Of a DNA stretch of 64,000 nt, positions 1-13,271 are shown one piece after another; the first letter of the stretch is position 1, and the number at the start of each line of letters is the position of its first letter. Where the stretch lies: the NCBI GenBank assembly GCA_010015585.1, contig ML975156.1; one strand, written 5' to 3'. Under the pieces are notes generated by a model. The model did not search any database. It saw only the letters and a program-made list of their open reading frames with translations, and was not told the origin of the DNA. Origin of the DNA: Eremomyces bilateralis CBS 781.70 (lineage: Eukaryota). The position numbers and the translations under genes are program-made.

Positions 1-295
1 TGATGGGCTTGAATTAGCTGTACAACGTCGGGATCAAGATATAATCAGTGAAAATGGTACTTCTAATGACGTTCCCGCAAGGCGCCAGCGACGTTGCGGA
101 CGCTGTCGCGAGCCAGGACATCGCGTTGAGACCTGTACAATGCCTCAATTAGCTATACCAGAAAACGTAGATCCTAGCCTACTTCCTAATTAATAAATTG
201 CTTCAGTAGTTGTTGAGATATTCAGGTTACGGTAGTGGGCCACGGTTGAGGTGGGCGACTCGGTGGTTTGGGCGACTCGCTGGTGGATTACGTTA
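1..295 (+). mobile_element. 3' end of a Fot1/pogo-like (Tc1/mariner superfamily) DNA transposon: transposase C-terminus (2-193), right terminal inverted repeat (TIR, ~250-293) and TA target site (294-295)
   Basis: Frame from nt 2 reads ...RRQRRCGRCREPGHRVETC...PN* (CX2CX4HX4C knuckle typical of Fot1/Pot2 transposase ends). The end GGTGGGCGACTCGGTGGTTTGGGCGACTCGCTGGTGGATTACGT|TA has two internal direct repeats, and its reverse complement starts ACGTAATC, as in Tan1/Vader-type TIRs. Confidence 0.85.
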
Positions 296-337
296 AGTTA
301 ACTAGTTAAAGCTAAGTTTTAAGTATAGCTTCTCATA

Positions 338-1130
338 TCACCAATCTACACCACTACAATTATTTCTAAGAGAAGAGTTCTCCGAAACGAACGCGATAAG
401 TTTTGACCCCTTTTCGCGCCTGAACCTAATTATATTATTCACTTCCATATCATTGATCGTCCGGATAGCTACATCGACAACGGATTGCCATTCTGTCTGG
501 GGAGATTTGAGTGGTAATTTGTCCAAAGTGAAGCCGTCGACGAATTCCATCAGAAACCCAAGACAGGAGGAATGTTTTCCAGTTGAGGTTATCGACGCTA
601 GCGAGGTAGCGTTGATGAAGACGTGTCCGTATATGTTTAGGTTAGGCGTACCATGGTACTTTTACAGTCTTTGGTAAGCCTCACATTCCTCGTCTACTGA
701 GGCCATCCAAAGTCAGAGGTTGAGGCTATGCTCGGCCTCAGTTAGCATGTGGCACCGCTCCTCATTAATGGACCCCTGTGTGAAGAACTTGTTGGTGCTG
801 CCATCAAGTACTACCTTCTGGTATTCAGGTTCTAGGCCCCTGGACCACGTAGGATAACAAAACATTGTCCTCATTTCATTGCAGAATCGGCAGTCGAATG
901 GTTTCAGCACCATTCGACGTCGAAGTCCAGGCCGGGAGTATTCAATCGGACTGGCATGACACGAGACATCGTAGTGAACGACTCAAAGATGATATAGATG
1001 ACGCAAGCAGAAGAGACTTGGAACCAACGCTGATACCGCCAACCACTGTAGCGAGACGACTTCTCGGATTACAAGCTCGGCACTTGAAAAAACGTCCCCG
1101 TCGACGCCTAGATTGACGCCGTCACTGTGG
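338..1130 (-). pseudogene. Degraded fungal protein-kinase-like gene fragment
   Basis: Broken ORFs VLKPFDCRFCNEMR...WSRGLEPEYQKVVLDG and LMEFVDGFTLDKLP...WQSVVDVAIRTI resemble fungal kinase-like proteins. Internal stops are present and the boundaries are approximate. Confidence 0.4.
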
Positions 1131-1920
1131 ACCAACAGGTCCGTACCCTGGACACAAACAGCGGGTGTTCCTATCCGAGAGGAGATGACGGAAGCAAATC
1201 CACGGGCAGATCGTTCTTATAGTGAAATCCGTCGATGAGGCGACGGGCTCCTACCAGGTGATCATTAAGAAGCGTACGCATGGGTAACTTGGGGATCCTT
1301 GTGGCGGATTTCTAAAAGACGGCGGAAGTAGAGGTTGCCAGGAAAATAATGGGAAGGTCGGGATTTGAACTTGGAATTCGAGAAATATAAATAGAGACGA
1401 CCAGAGTTTGATAGGAACTTGACAAGAGTTGGTAGAGCGAGGACTTTACCATGCCTTTTATAACTGCACAGCAGGTAAATGGTCAAAAGAACGAATATCA
1501 TCTTACTCCACCTGAGGAACAACGAAGATTCATTCAATTGACTAGTCTACCACACTCGTAAAAATGAACCGCAGAGGCTGTTTAGGTCTTCAATCCCAAC
1601 TGCGCGAGTCGGCTTGAATTGGCGATATATAGCCCGACTCCAACTTGAGGTTTTTTCTTGATATGCAATGTGTAACCAGCGCTGTCCCTGTCGGGTATGG
1701 TGTATCCAACAGAAAGTAGAGAGTCTTCCTTCTTCCATCCTTGCGATATTTCAAACACGCTCTTTTGTACAACCGAACACATCTCGTGCCAGGTACCCGT
1801 AAAACGCCATGCCATGCAATGCGAATAATGCGCCTCTATTGCCACGCTTCAATGATTTCCAGTCCCTCGCTCGTGATCGTACAGTAACCCCGCCATTTGT
1901 CCGTTGGGTATCGATCGTCG

Positions 1921-2395
1921 CTATCTGTCCTTATACACCTTCGGCTTCCACCCCTCCTTCGCCTCCTCCGCCGTCTCCGCCGCCTCTGCCTTCGTCCGCA
2001 CCTCCATCTCTATCCGCTCCCGCGCCCTTAAAATCTTGCTCTGCAGATAAAAGCTCCCCCCCTTCTTCGGGTCGTTCTGGTCGAATAGTCGCTTGAATCG
2101 TTCCATGACTTGCTCGGCGTTCATGGCACCGCCCTTCGGAGGGGCCACGTCGAGAATCTTGCATGCTTCGTCGAGGGTGAGGCCGGAGGATGCGAAGGTG
2201 CCCCCGGAGCTGGAGTTCTTACCGCCGGCGGCGGCGTATTTTTGGGAGGCGGAGGCTTGTCGATAGGCTTCGGCGAAGGCACGGCCGACTACTCGGGTGC
2301 CGGTCAGGACAACCTGCGTGATGATTCGGTGCGCCTGAGACTGTTAGCCACAGGATAATGGACATCAGTGTTGTTGTAGCCAATTCGCATACCAT
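1921..2395 (-). CDS. PAM16: Mitochondrial import motor subunit Pam16/Tim16
   Basis: ATG-only exon 1 (2395-2393), intron 2392-2335, then AHRIITQVVLTGTRVVGRAFAEAYRQ...LTLDEACKIL...NDPKKGGSFYLQSKILRARERI. Confidence 0.95.
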
Positions 2396-2775
2396 TTCTT
2401 CAAGGCGCAAGCTTGAAATGCGTGTCAAGCTATGGCCTTATTAAATTGCGACTTAGAGCGCCCGGGACGGAGATACTGATAAGGTCGAGGTGCTTGAATC
2501 ACGTTCTCAAAGAAAATCTTGGGATGAAGTCGGGATCGGCTGATGTTCGGCTTTCGGGAAAATGTTGCGATGCATTGCACGTGACCAAGGTGAGATCTTC
2601 AGGGGTATTTACAGCTTCATTATTTCCGGTTCCGGAATTTCACCTCGTGTGTTGACATTGGCCTTTCATAGTGACAAAGAATATTCTACTCAACCAAGAA
2701 TGCTTGACAGGCAGACAGGCTAGATGGGCACTGTCAAATCATGCGAACGTACGGCAATCCAAACTCTCAATTTCT

Positions 2776-3690
2776 TCAATGCCGCCAGATATGGACATGC
2801 GTTCCTTGTATTACGCCATGCGTAGCAAGTCGAGTGCCACAAATCCTACACCGGTGTTCCGAGTCTCGCATTCCTGTGAGAGCATACGGCATCCAGAAGC
2901 AGAGGAAGCAACCGCAGAGGAGTAGCGCGACGGCGGAGGCACTAGAACCAGGTACAGTGATCAGCAAGTGATATCTTTTCTTGCCTATGGCTTCATGAAA
3001 GTGTAATACGGTATGCACACTCACTGTTGTGTCAATCCCACTTTCCGCTTGACTTTCGACACGAGAGTATTTCCGCAATTGGGACACAGCACAGGAGAAG
3101 GACCAGACCCTAGTGTGTGCAGAGGGACAGAGGGACCTTGATAGCCAGCACTCGATTGGGACTCTTGGTCATATCTGGTATTGACAATCCGGAGTTGCGT
3201 CTCAGCATCGATGATGTCCTCGGCCCCGTTGTCTAACATAGCTCTTAGCAGTCCATTCGCAAGTCAGAGAACCAATCGTACATTGATGGAGCTGCGCTCT
3301 GCGAAACGCTATCTTCGCCTCCTCGCGTGCTCTTGCTTGACGGCGCCGCTCCATCTTCTCGGCCTTGGATGCATCCTTCTCCGCTGCTTTGAAGCCCTTT
3401 CTCTCTGCCTTCTGAAGGGTTTTCGATTCCTTTCTAACGATCTTGCGTCGTTTCTTGTCGATCTTTGCCTCTTCGTCACTGAGTCTGCAGTGCGCACGCT
3501 GCAGTTTGACGTCTTGTTTGAGTAGCTTGTAGTCTAGCCCTTCTGGATCGAGACGATCGATGGGCGTTGAAGGGATAAAGGAAGAATGAGGTATTGTTCC
3601 AGTCTCTTGCCCCTGAGTGGGTGGTACATCGGACGGGGTATGTGTGGCCGTGGAACGTAGAGGAGTGGCCGCTACGTCTTGCATTGCCAT
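2776..3690 (-). CDS. LITAF-like zinc-ribbon domain protein with a charged coiled-coil N-terminal region (2 introns)
   Basis: PSPVLCPNC...hydrophobic LLLCGCFLCFWMPY...HRCRICG (CxxC-hydrophobic-HxCxxC). GT..AG introns lie near 3280-3234 and 3023-2943. The start codon is uncertain. Confidence 0.75.
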
Positions 3691-4415
3691 AACCACGGGA
3701 TTATCGCTGTCGTGTGCGCTCTGAATGAAGAGCTTCTTAGAAGCCTGGAATACTCGACATTTGCGAGACGGAAGATCGGCGGACAGCCAAGTAATCTCAC
3801 CTGGGTAGAAAGATCGAATCTAGAATCAGGATAAGGATAAGGATGGAGGAAACAGACTATTTAGACTGAGGGGATACATAAATCTGAGGGATTATCTTGC
3901 GCGACGAAGGTAGCTGAAAAATGAGATAAGACAGTGGAGAGTAGACCGGTGATTTTCTGTAGAAGCCATGGCGATGTCGAGTTCCTGTAAAGGGTATCGA
4001 CCACCTTGGTTCCTTCCACTCTAAGGTAATTATCATAGGACAGTTTCAGCACATCACGATTAAGAAGGACTTGGCACCGCGATCAAATTCCAAAGTGAAG
4101 TTGCTTTTGCTCAACCATTACTCCTTTCAATATCATTCGAGTAATCTCAACCACATATCTGCAGATCCACCTATCTCACGCTCTCACGCTTAGCAGGCGT
4201 GATTCACACTAACCTTATTAAAAGTCCTCCAGAGAAGCGTTTGCACTGTGGATGATAACCCGGAGAAATCAACCCCGCATCCATCTACTCGACTATGCCA
4301 CTAAAAGCCCATATAGTCGCTCGAACGCCGGGCAGAAGAGCAAACGCGGCCTTTCCAATGCATGAACAAAATGAAATCCAGCTCTCAGCCAAACATGGGA
4401 AGATGGTCCAAGGAA

Positions 4416-6420
4416 TTAGTGGCCGTTGACCTGCGGTTCATCCGCCACGGCAGTAAGCACTGAAAACTGGCCACCTGCCCCGGCCCAGTTAAGGGACCTC
4501 TCCCTAACAGCAGTGTTATCAATGAGGGTCATGGTGGTGACATCGTCATCGTTCCCGATACCCAATTGGTAGTTGGCATTGAAGCCAGTGGAGTAGGCTT
4601 TGCCCTCGGTCGTGACAACAAGGGTGTGGTCGGGACCGCAGCAAACCTGTTTCGCTCGGAGATCTAACCATGTTAGCTGGATCATGTAATGGAGAGTAGC
4701 AGGACTTACTGGGAAGGGCCATAGGCTGCAGCAGGATCTTGGGCTTGCCCGACTCATTCTTGCGGATCATCTCCTCGTCCTCTAAGGTGGCGGCTTGGAA
4801 GTCAATGCCAATCTGGCCGCCGTCCATTCGGCCCCAGATCAAACAATCTCCGTTCGCCGCGACCGCTGCCGAGTGGTGGTTCCCACCGGACAAGTGCGTC
4901 ACGCCTTTTCCACTCAATCCTTCGATCTTCTTTGGACGGGGAAGCATCGCGCTGTCGCCACCAGCGGTCTCCGGATCTCCAGCCTCACCGAACGAGTTGA
5001 GGCCCCAGCCCCAGACATCATCGTTCTGGTCGATGGCGAACGAATGGTATGAGCCGGCGGTGACGTAGCGAATCTTGCGACGATACATGCCAACTTCGCG
5101 GGGAACAAGGCTTTCCAGTCGACGACGTTCAACCGTGCGATATCCGAGTTGGTCGGTTTGGCCGCAGCCCCAAGCGGACACCTTACCTTTGTTGTCGAGT
5201 GCGAGGGCATGGTTAGCGCCGCAAGCGATCTGGACGATGTTCTTGAGGTTGGGAATAAGAACAGGGGTCTCCTGGACCATAACAAGTTTGTGCCCAGGTT
5301 CGGAGAATCCGAAACCCATAACGCCTTCATTGCTCTGCGAGGTATTATTAGCAAATTCATTCCCTAACCGTCTTGGAGGTCTTGTGGCATTTGTTTACGT
5401 ACTCGGAACGTTCCCCAACCATAAACTTGCCCGTTATCGGTGAGTGCGAAGCTGACGCTGTCACCCGCTGCAACTTGAACAAAATTGGTGCCTTCGGGGA
5501 AGTGCTTAGCAGAGACAGCCGTCGGGGTAGATTCACGAGGGTTCAACCCGGAATCTTCATCATCCGAGTCGGAATCTTCGGCGTCAATATCACGAAGTCC
5601 ACCTTCCCAGGCAGTGTCGCGGCCCAACGCGCCTTGATCGTTGACACCCCAGGTGAGGATGCGGTTGTCATGGGTGAGCGCCACATTGTGCATTCCTCCG
5701 GATGCGACCAAGACAATGCCGATCTGGTCGGCCGGGAGGAGTGGATTCAACCGCGGGCGCTTGACATCGATCGCGTTCTTCGCAGTGCCGAGACCCAGTT
5801 CTCCAGCACTGCCTTCGCCAAAGACGAAGACGTTGAGTCGGTCGGTTGGAGCTTGGTTGATGACGGGAAGGGTTGCAGGGGCCTTGGCCTTCTTGATCGG
5901 CTTTGCGGCGGCCTTCTCCGCTGGAGCCTTGGTTTCCTTCACCTTCTTGGCTGGCGGAGCCTCTGTATCGCCGTCGGCCTTCCTCTTGCCTTTCTTCGTG
6001 GTGCCGTTGGTCATTGGCGCGTCGGCCTTAGCGCCATTCTTAGGTTTAGGATGGTCGCCGTTGACGAGCTTGTCGCCGCTTGTCGGCGCAGCTGGGCAAC
6101 ATTGTTAGCCGATCATATAGACATGACGCTCCTCGAAATGGCTCACCTTTCTTCGCAGTCTCGGTCGCTGCCTTTGATGCTGCCTTTGGCTTTGTTGGCT
6201 TTGCAGCCGGCTTTGCAGCCGGTTTGGCCACGCGCTTCGATCCTGTCGACGTGGAAGTGGTCGTGCTTCCAGTTCCCGTGGTTCTCATAGAGCGGGCGGC
6301 GGTCGGTTCCTTAGGAGGGGCCGCTGCGGTGATCTTGCGCTTTGCAGACGTGTTTGCTGCCGGTGTTTTGGACTTGGAGGCCGTCCCGTTGGCCTTCGCA
6401 TTGGCTTTCTTGGGAGCCAT
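4416..6420 (-). CDS. RCC1: RCC1-family Ran guanine-nucleotide exchange factor (Pim1/Srm1/Prp20 ortholog), 3 introns
   Basis: Lys/Ala-rich N-terminus; VFVFGEGSAGELGLG, ASGGMHNVAL, WGVNDQGALGR, IACGANHALAL, GWGLNSFGE; C-terminal WAGAGGQFS. Confidence 0.93.
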
Positions 6421-6832
6421 GACGAAAGAACGTGATTGAGAAACGAAATAGACGAAATTGAGGAAAGGGTGGGATGCAATGAGAAAACAAACGATCCGAG
6501 GTAAAATGATGTCAGAGACGGGATGAAGTCAAAGAAGGATGTGACTGGGAATGTGAGAATGTAATAAAGAAGACGAGGTGTGCTGTTCAAGTACTGAAGA
6601 TTTCGGAGTTCCAAACATTCAACACACGAATCAGCCGGACAGGTGATGCGCGTCACTTCCGGGCCAACATGACTCAATAGCGGAACAATAGCAACTGGTA
6701 CTGCGTCAGTAGGCTTCCCTCGGTCATGTCAATAACAAACAGTCGAGTGTCAATAGACTTGTCAGTAGATGTAGTTGTTCCTGCGCAATACCATTTTGGT
6801 AGTGCTAGCCTCTACCGGCGCACAATAACACA

Positions 6833-8745
6833 ATGTTCACTCTATTGTTTGGCTGTTTGGCCATTGTCACTTCAGTCTGGGCTGCCCAACCGTCCGCACC
6901 AGACCCGATCCCAGCTCCGCTCCGAGACCTGCCTTGGGGTGAGCTCAACTTCCTTCACACGACCGACACCCACGGCTGGCTCGGGGGTCATTTACAAGAG
7001 TAAGAAGAGTTCGGGTGCATTTCCTGGTTCAAGACTGATGGGTTCCCAGACCGTCCTTCAGCGCCGACTGGGGCGACTACATCTCATTCACAGAGCATCT
7101 CGACAGGAAGGCGAACGGCGACAACGTCGACCTGCTCCTCATCGATACTGGAGATCGGGTAGAAGGGAATGGACTCTATGATAGTTCAGAGCCAAAAGGT
7201 CGCTACTTGTTTGATATTTATAAACAACAGCGCATCGATTTGATATGCTCGGGCAACCATGAACTCTACAAACGGAACTCGTCCGAGAATGAGTTCAACA
7301 AGACCGTCCCGCATTATAAGGATGGCTACATCTCCTCAAACATAGATATCTACAGTCCCGAGACTGGCGAGTTGGTCCCGCTTGCGCCTCGCTTTAGAAA
7401 ACTCAGAACACGCAATAAGGGCTACAACATCCTGGCGTTTGGTTTCCTATTTGACTTCACGGGCAATGCGAACAATACGGCGGTAAACACTGTCGAGGAT
7501 ACCATCGGGCAGAAGTGGTTTCAAGACGCTATCCGAGACGATGACCTTGACCTTATTGTCATTATCGGTCACATACCCGTCCGAAGCAAGGAGTACACTC
7601 TCCTGTTCCGGGCGATTCGATCCGTGAAGTGGGATATCCCGATTCAGTTTTTCGGCGGGCATATGCACATCCGGGACTTCAAAGTGTATGACCGCGTGTC
7701 AACCGCTATAGCGAGCGGGAGATTCATGGAGACCATCGGGTGGCTGTCGATCTCTGGGCTGCCTGATCCCGAGAAGCCGAAGGTCAAGATCAACGAGAAA
7801 CAGCGAAGTATCACCGCGAGTCCGTCGTTCTCGAGGCGGTATATCGACAATAACCTGTTCTCACTCATGCACCACGCGCGGATGAGCGCATCCGACTTCC
7901 CAACCAAAAAAGGCCAAGCGGTTTCAAAACAGATCGAGCATGCTCGCCACGCGCTGAATCTCGACAAAGTTGTCGGCTGCGCCCCTCAAGACTATTACCT
8001 TTCCAAGAGGCCGTACCCGTCGAGGGAGAGCATCATCACCTGGCTTGAAGAGCTCGTCCTCCCAACCGAACTTCAAAAGTCCAAGCGAAGCACGATCGGC
8101 ATCCCAGCGTTCGCCATTTTAAACACCGGTGCCATCCGATTCGATCTCTTCAAGGGCGTGTACACCCGGGACACCACTTTCTTAGTCTCTCCGTTCACCA
8201 GCGGATTCAAGTATATTCCTGACATCGAGGCCGAGACGGCTCGGAAAGTGCTACAGTTGCTCAATTCCCAGGGGCCCATCCTCGAGCAGATGGCGAAGGA
8301 GCACGGCGACCTCACCTGGCTTGCCCCACCTGAGCAAGTTGGCTGGCTGGCCCAAGAAGTGGAGGTTGGTCCAAAACTTGCAGCTGCGCGAAGCGACCAA
8401 GTTGTCTTCGGGGACGACGGTCATAAACACGACGATCTGGTGCCGGGTTATACCACCAATGATGACCATGGAGACGACGGAGATGACACGATACACCAAG
8501 CCGTCAAGTTCTACCAAATGCCAAACTGCATCATGGCCGAGGTGGGACCGAAAGATCCCAAGACTGTCGACCTGGCATACATCGACTTTGTCGAGCCGTG
8601 GGTGCTGCTGGCGTTGCGCTTCTTGGGCGTGAAAGTTCCCCCGGAGACGCCGCAGGTTTATATGGATGACAAGATCCTTGGCACCCATATAGAGGATTTT
8701 ATTCGAGGTAATATAGACTGGAAACCAAAGGATGGCCGATGTTAA
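6833..8745 (+). CDS. Secreted/vacuolar calcineurin-like metallophosphoesterase, 5'-nucleotidase-like (yeast YHR202W-type)
   Basis: Signal peptide MFTLLFGCLAIVTSVWA; HTTDTHGW, DTGDRVEGNG, GNHE, GHIP and FGGHMH motifs; one intron near 7000-7050. Confidence 0.88.
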
Positions 8746-8924
8746 ATTTCTTGGTCTGGACATTAAGCGTGCCTGTTTCCTTTTCGCGGCCTGTCACTGT
8801 ATATCGGGAGTATAAACCTAGGTGTTAGTTGACATCCAAATTATGCTCTTGCCGCAAAGTTATCCGAGATATTTGAACTTTCATCTCGCCCCATTAATCT
8901 CACCATCTTGTACAGGTGTCGGAA

Positions 8925-10663
8925 TCAGTTCTTCACCAACTGATGGTTAGTGACTTCCGCCCCTAAGCCATCTCGTGCATCCCACCAACTTGCCCAGTCC
9001 ACTACCTTTCGCTTCAGTCGTGCCTCCTCGGCCGCAAACACCAACGCGTGGCTCCTCACAATATCATCAGGAGAACACCCGAGGTGCACGCTCTGTGCTT
9101 CTTCGACACTCATGGTTCCACTCAGAGCAGCTGATACAGCCTTAAGGAACTGCCGTATTAGGCCACTGTCCCCTCCTCCATGACCACTACCTCCGTGGGC
9201 AGGGTTATAGGTAGTGGACTTGCCCGAAGCAAAGTTGTGGACGGTGATCGTATCGCTGTCGTATTCCATCTCGCCCTCCGTGCCGTATATCCTCCCTCTC
9301 CTCTCGCAGATCTTTTCGGTCATGGCGGTCCTATGGCAAGGTCAATGGTCGATTTCGGGAGGCAGCGATGTCAGTAGTATCCACTTACATATGCATCGTC
9401 GCCGATTTGGCTGCTTTGCCCTGTTGGATAGAGCCATCACTGGACAGGACGTCGTCCCACTCGAGCACGACGGTCTGATCATCGCAGACATCATTATCCG
9501 ATTCCCAGACGCAGCGTCCAAACCAGTTTCGTTTCTTCACCTCTTCCTCCGGCATATCTACCGACCAATCTTCCGCCAAAACGTCGAGAAGCTTCGTCTC
9601 CGCGACTCCTTGACCTTTCGCATAAAACGACTCAATCTCAGGGACGACGATATCCACCGGCCAATTAATATTCCCCTCTGAAAACTGTTGATCCCGGTAG
9701 ATCTTCTTTGCGCTGAATTTGCAGGATGGCTCAATGGGGCATTGCAGGCAATTGGTGGCGTTCCCAGCTGCGGCGGGCTTTCTAGCACGGCGGAAGTAGT
9801 TGAGTCGACCAGTAGACGAGACGCGAGCGGGTAGATGAGGCTCTCGCGTGGACGTTGCGTCCCCGTTGTCCCGAGGTGGCGTGGAGAGTAACCAGAGCAA
9901 AAAATCAAGGTCGTGACAGGATTTTGTCAGGAGGGACGGCGCTGTTCGGTCCTCCCGTCGCCAATTGCCTCTGCAATAACGTTAGCTTTCGTCCCACGTC
10001 CCATTTATTTAGAGTGACTTCAACAAACCTAACATAGCTATGCGAAAAATGCCACCACCCTACCGGCTCCGTATGCTCGACATTCAGAACCTCTCCTATA
10101 ATTTTCTGCTCCACGACTAGATCTCGCAGCATCATGTTATGCGGGCTATACCTCAGCACATGACAGATCGCGAAGACTCTCTGCTTCTCCACCTCTTCCA
10201 TCTGTCGGGCCTTGATCAACGCGTGAATGTCGTTGACGTCCTTCAACCGCGTTGCCAGCGGTTTCTCGCAGAGGATGTGAACCCCCAGCGGCCAGACTGC
10301 CTGGATAACGGCGGTGTGCATCGCATCCTGCACGCAGATGAACACCGTGTTGACGACGACATCCTCATCCCCGCCTGCGTCAATTGCGCTCGTGCTCTGC
10401 CCATAGCCCTGTCTGAGCCGCCGCGCCTTCTCATACACCACCCAATCTTCCCAGCTCTTGAACGACTCGGCCTTCTTCGGACTTCTGTTTCCCCAGATGT
10501 ATTTCGCCCCAAAATCATTTTTTCGCCAATCGTTGATTTCTGCGATGGCCACGATTCTCCCAAGGTTATCCTTGTCGGACACATTGGAGATCAGCTTTTT
10601 GGAGTAGGACGATCCTCGGGACCCGGCTCCGATGACCAGGATGCGGGGAGTGGTTTCAGACAT
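8925..10663 (-). CDS. Gfo/Idh/MocA-family NAD-dependent oxidoreductase (StrI-like), 2 introns
   Basis: VIGAGSRG Rossmann motif, ILCEKPLA, HVLRYSPHN, WWHFSHSYVRGNW, KSCHD, GHGGGDSGL. Confidence 0.9.
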
Positions 10664-11349
10664 GCTCAATCGCGTTGGGAAGCTGACGAATGTTTATTTG
10701 TTGCTGTTAGATGGATTGGTTTTCAGGTCCGACAATGGGTCATATACCGGATTGCTTCCACGGTCGATGTAACCGTGTCATTGAACCGGAGCTTAAAGTG
10801 TTGCCTAATACGGTAGTACCCTGCCCATGCACGACGACGGACGAGATACGAGCATATAAAGGTTGGACAGGGATTCCTATGATAGTCAGGTAGCACAGCA
10901 TGTATTGAAGCTTGCATAATGCAATTCACCAGCCGGTATCTAGAGCAAATCCGAGCTATCTTCCATGACTCCTGCTGGAAGGTTCGTTTAATCGAGGAAC
11001 TTTACTCAAATGCAGCCACTCAGAGTCCCAAGATGCTCGACAGAGTCCCAGGTAGGATACCTATCAGAGGCCCGCGTGTAAGTGTGACTGGCCGACCGAC
11101 GGCCGATAGTACGGGGTCTACTCTTTGATAGCAGATTTAAACCACCGTCGGTCACCACTTCATATCTAATAGCCTCGCATAGCCACGAAAGTATGAGCTC
11201 TCCATGTTGGCGGCGGTAGATTCGACTTGCAATCTGCAGGTAGTGCACCTGTCCTAGATCATCTGAAATACCCCAAGTAATCCGTTGATCCATGAGGATT
11301 AGTATATCCTTCAGCCCAGTGATGACTTCGGCCACTGCGGACAACCCCT

Positions 11350-12907
11350 TCATCCCGGTCTCTGCTCCTGCTTTTTATTACTGAAATACGTCTGCATCTG
11401 CTCCAGCTTGCTGACGAAGAAGCACCGCTTCGCCGCACTTTTCCACACCAGCACCCCCAGCGCGTCGGCATACTTCATCGCATCCTCGTATTCCGCGAAG
11501 TCGCGGAAATCCTTCATGATGAACCCGTTAGTAGAGCTCATTCGGTCGCCTTCGATCTGCCAGAGTCGGATCTGATCGACGACGGTGGGCGGGAGGATCT
11601 GTTTGCTTTTCTGCATTTGAGGATGTGCGTGCGCGGTGAGGTAGGAGATGATTTGCTCGGCAGTGATGCCGTAGCTGATGGCGCGTTGGATGGATTGCTT
11701 GGTCAGTTTTCCGGAGACGAGGTTCGGAAAGCGGCGGGAGAGGTTGGAGAAAAGGTTGAGGATGGCGATTTGGAGGACGGAGGCGGTGTATGCGTAGAGT
11801 CGGTAGTTGGTTTCGACGATGATGTACCCCTTGCTTGCAGGCGAGTGCGAAGGCATATTAGACCCGAAGGATGAACTAGACAACAAGGCGCCAGCGTCGG
11901 AAGTCAGAGTGGTCGCGAGCCGGGTAGGGTAGAACCGGTTTGGTTCGCTCATATAAACGATACCGAGATCCGCAAGGTCGTCAAGAAAGGTTCGCTGAGT
12001 GGCGGTGAGATTCTGGGTGCGATAGTCTTGTCCAAGCTCAAGGCTTCCTAGGGTAAATAGGAAAGACAGAACATCGACGTGATCCATGTGGCGCTATATG
12101 GCATGAGCACGAATATGTAATGGCCAGAGAAACGACGTACCTCGTCAGTTCCTTCCAGATATACGATCATTAATCGCCATACTTGAGAATTTACATCCTG
12201 CAAGAGGAATGTAAAGCCTTCTTGGGAGATAACTGGATACCCTCCTTTCATCGCGACGAAATTGCCTTCTTCCAGCAGTTGCTTCGTCCCGTTCGCAATC
12301 GGGGTGTCTCCGCCGAGACCGGCGCCAGCACTTCCGACCATGTAGTAAAGGATCGCCTCCCATCTTCCTCGAGCAAATGTATCCAGAAATTGAACATCGA
12401 CTGTCCTGCTGCCGGGTGTACCGCAGGGGACGCCGAAGGAGGCTTTGGTTCCTCCACCAGTCAGTGCTTGCTGGAGCGACTGTCCGAAGTTGGTGGCTAA
12501 TCGGTAGGCTCGTGCCCCTTGGAGATCTGAGACCTTGAGGATGTGTAGCCGCTCAAGGATGGAGATGGCTTGTTCCTTTTCCCTAAACGCACTCCTTAGC
12601 CTTCCACATTAGAATCCTTGATGGCAATCGGGCGTACGGTTTCGCTTCCGGTCGAATCCAGCACAGGAGGTCGGCATCTCGGATAGGTGAGGTCATGTAC
12701 AACATGGCCATTACGATTGTCTTAGCTGGATGTGAGCATGTTAGCACCGCACTACGAATATAAGAGCTTCGGGAGAGTGAACATGCCCGAATGGGGTAGC
12801 ATTCGACGGAATACTGCAAGAGCAGTTGAGGGCTGTTGATATAGCCTAGTGAAGACCATACCAGGCAGGCTCTCGAGATATTCGAGAGCCTGCACGGAGG
12901 CCGACAT
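11350..12907 (-). CDS. TFB2: TFIIH subunit Tfb2/p52 (3 introns)
   Basis: MSASVQALEYLESLPG...LAVFRRMLP; GFTFLLQDVNSQVW; RFYPTRLATTLTS; IIVETNYRLYAYT; LPPTVVDQIRLWQIE. Confidence 0.96.
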
Positions 12908-13052
12908 GGCGAAGGAAGATATAGTTTGGTGGTGGATTTGTGTATTTCAATCTGTTCGACTCTTGGAAGTGAGGAAGCTCATGGTACCTTCAGAGTAAGG
13001 ATTCCGAGCAGTCCAATCAGATGCTTCATTGACAGCGATCATGACGCGTGAA

Positions 13053-13088
13053 GTCGCGGTTACACGTGATTCAAATCACGTGATTCAA
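13053..13088. promoter_or_regulatory. MCB-like ACGCGT plus two CACGTG E-boxes (CACGTGATTCAA twice) in the TFB2/SGNH divergent promoter
   Basis: GACGCGTG...ACACGTGATTCAAATCACGTGATTCAA is seen directly; function is inferred only. Confidence 0.35.
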
Positions 13089-13271
13089 CCTTGGCGTCCA
13101 TTCACTTGGGCAGCAAATGACTGTCTTACGCAACACACCAGGCAGTGCCTTGGTCACATATCAGTCATCATGGACTCTCAAAGGAAACGAGGCAACAGCC
13201 ATAAAAGAGTAGGATAGATCTCGTTATCACTTCCGGGCCACCAAAAGAGAATGTAGTTTGCAACACCAGAC

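Noticed and set aside
5373..6290. Long antisense ORFs over RCC1 (similar ones lie over HMT1, USP, ETF-QO and the SR gene)
   Set aside because: Shadow ORFs caused by GC-rich third-position bias; no recognisable motifs.
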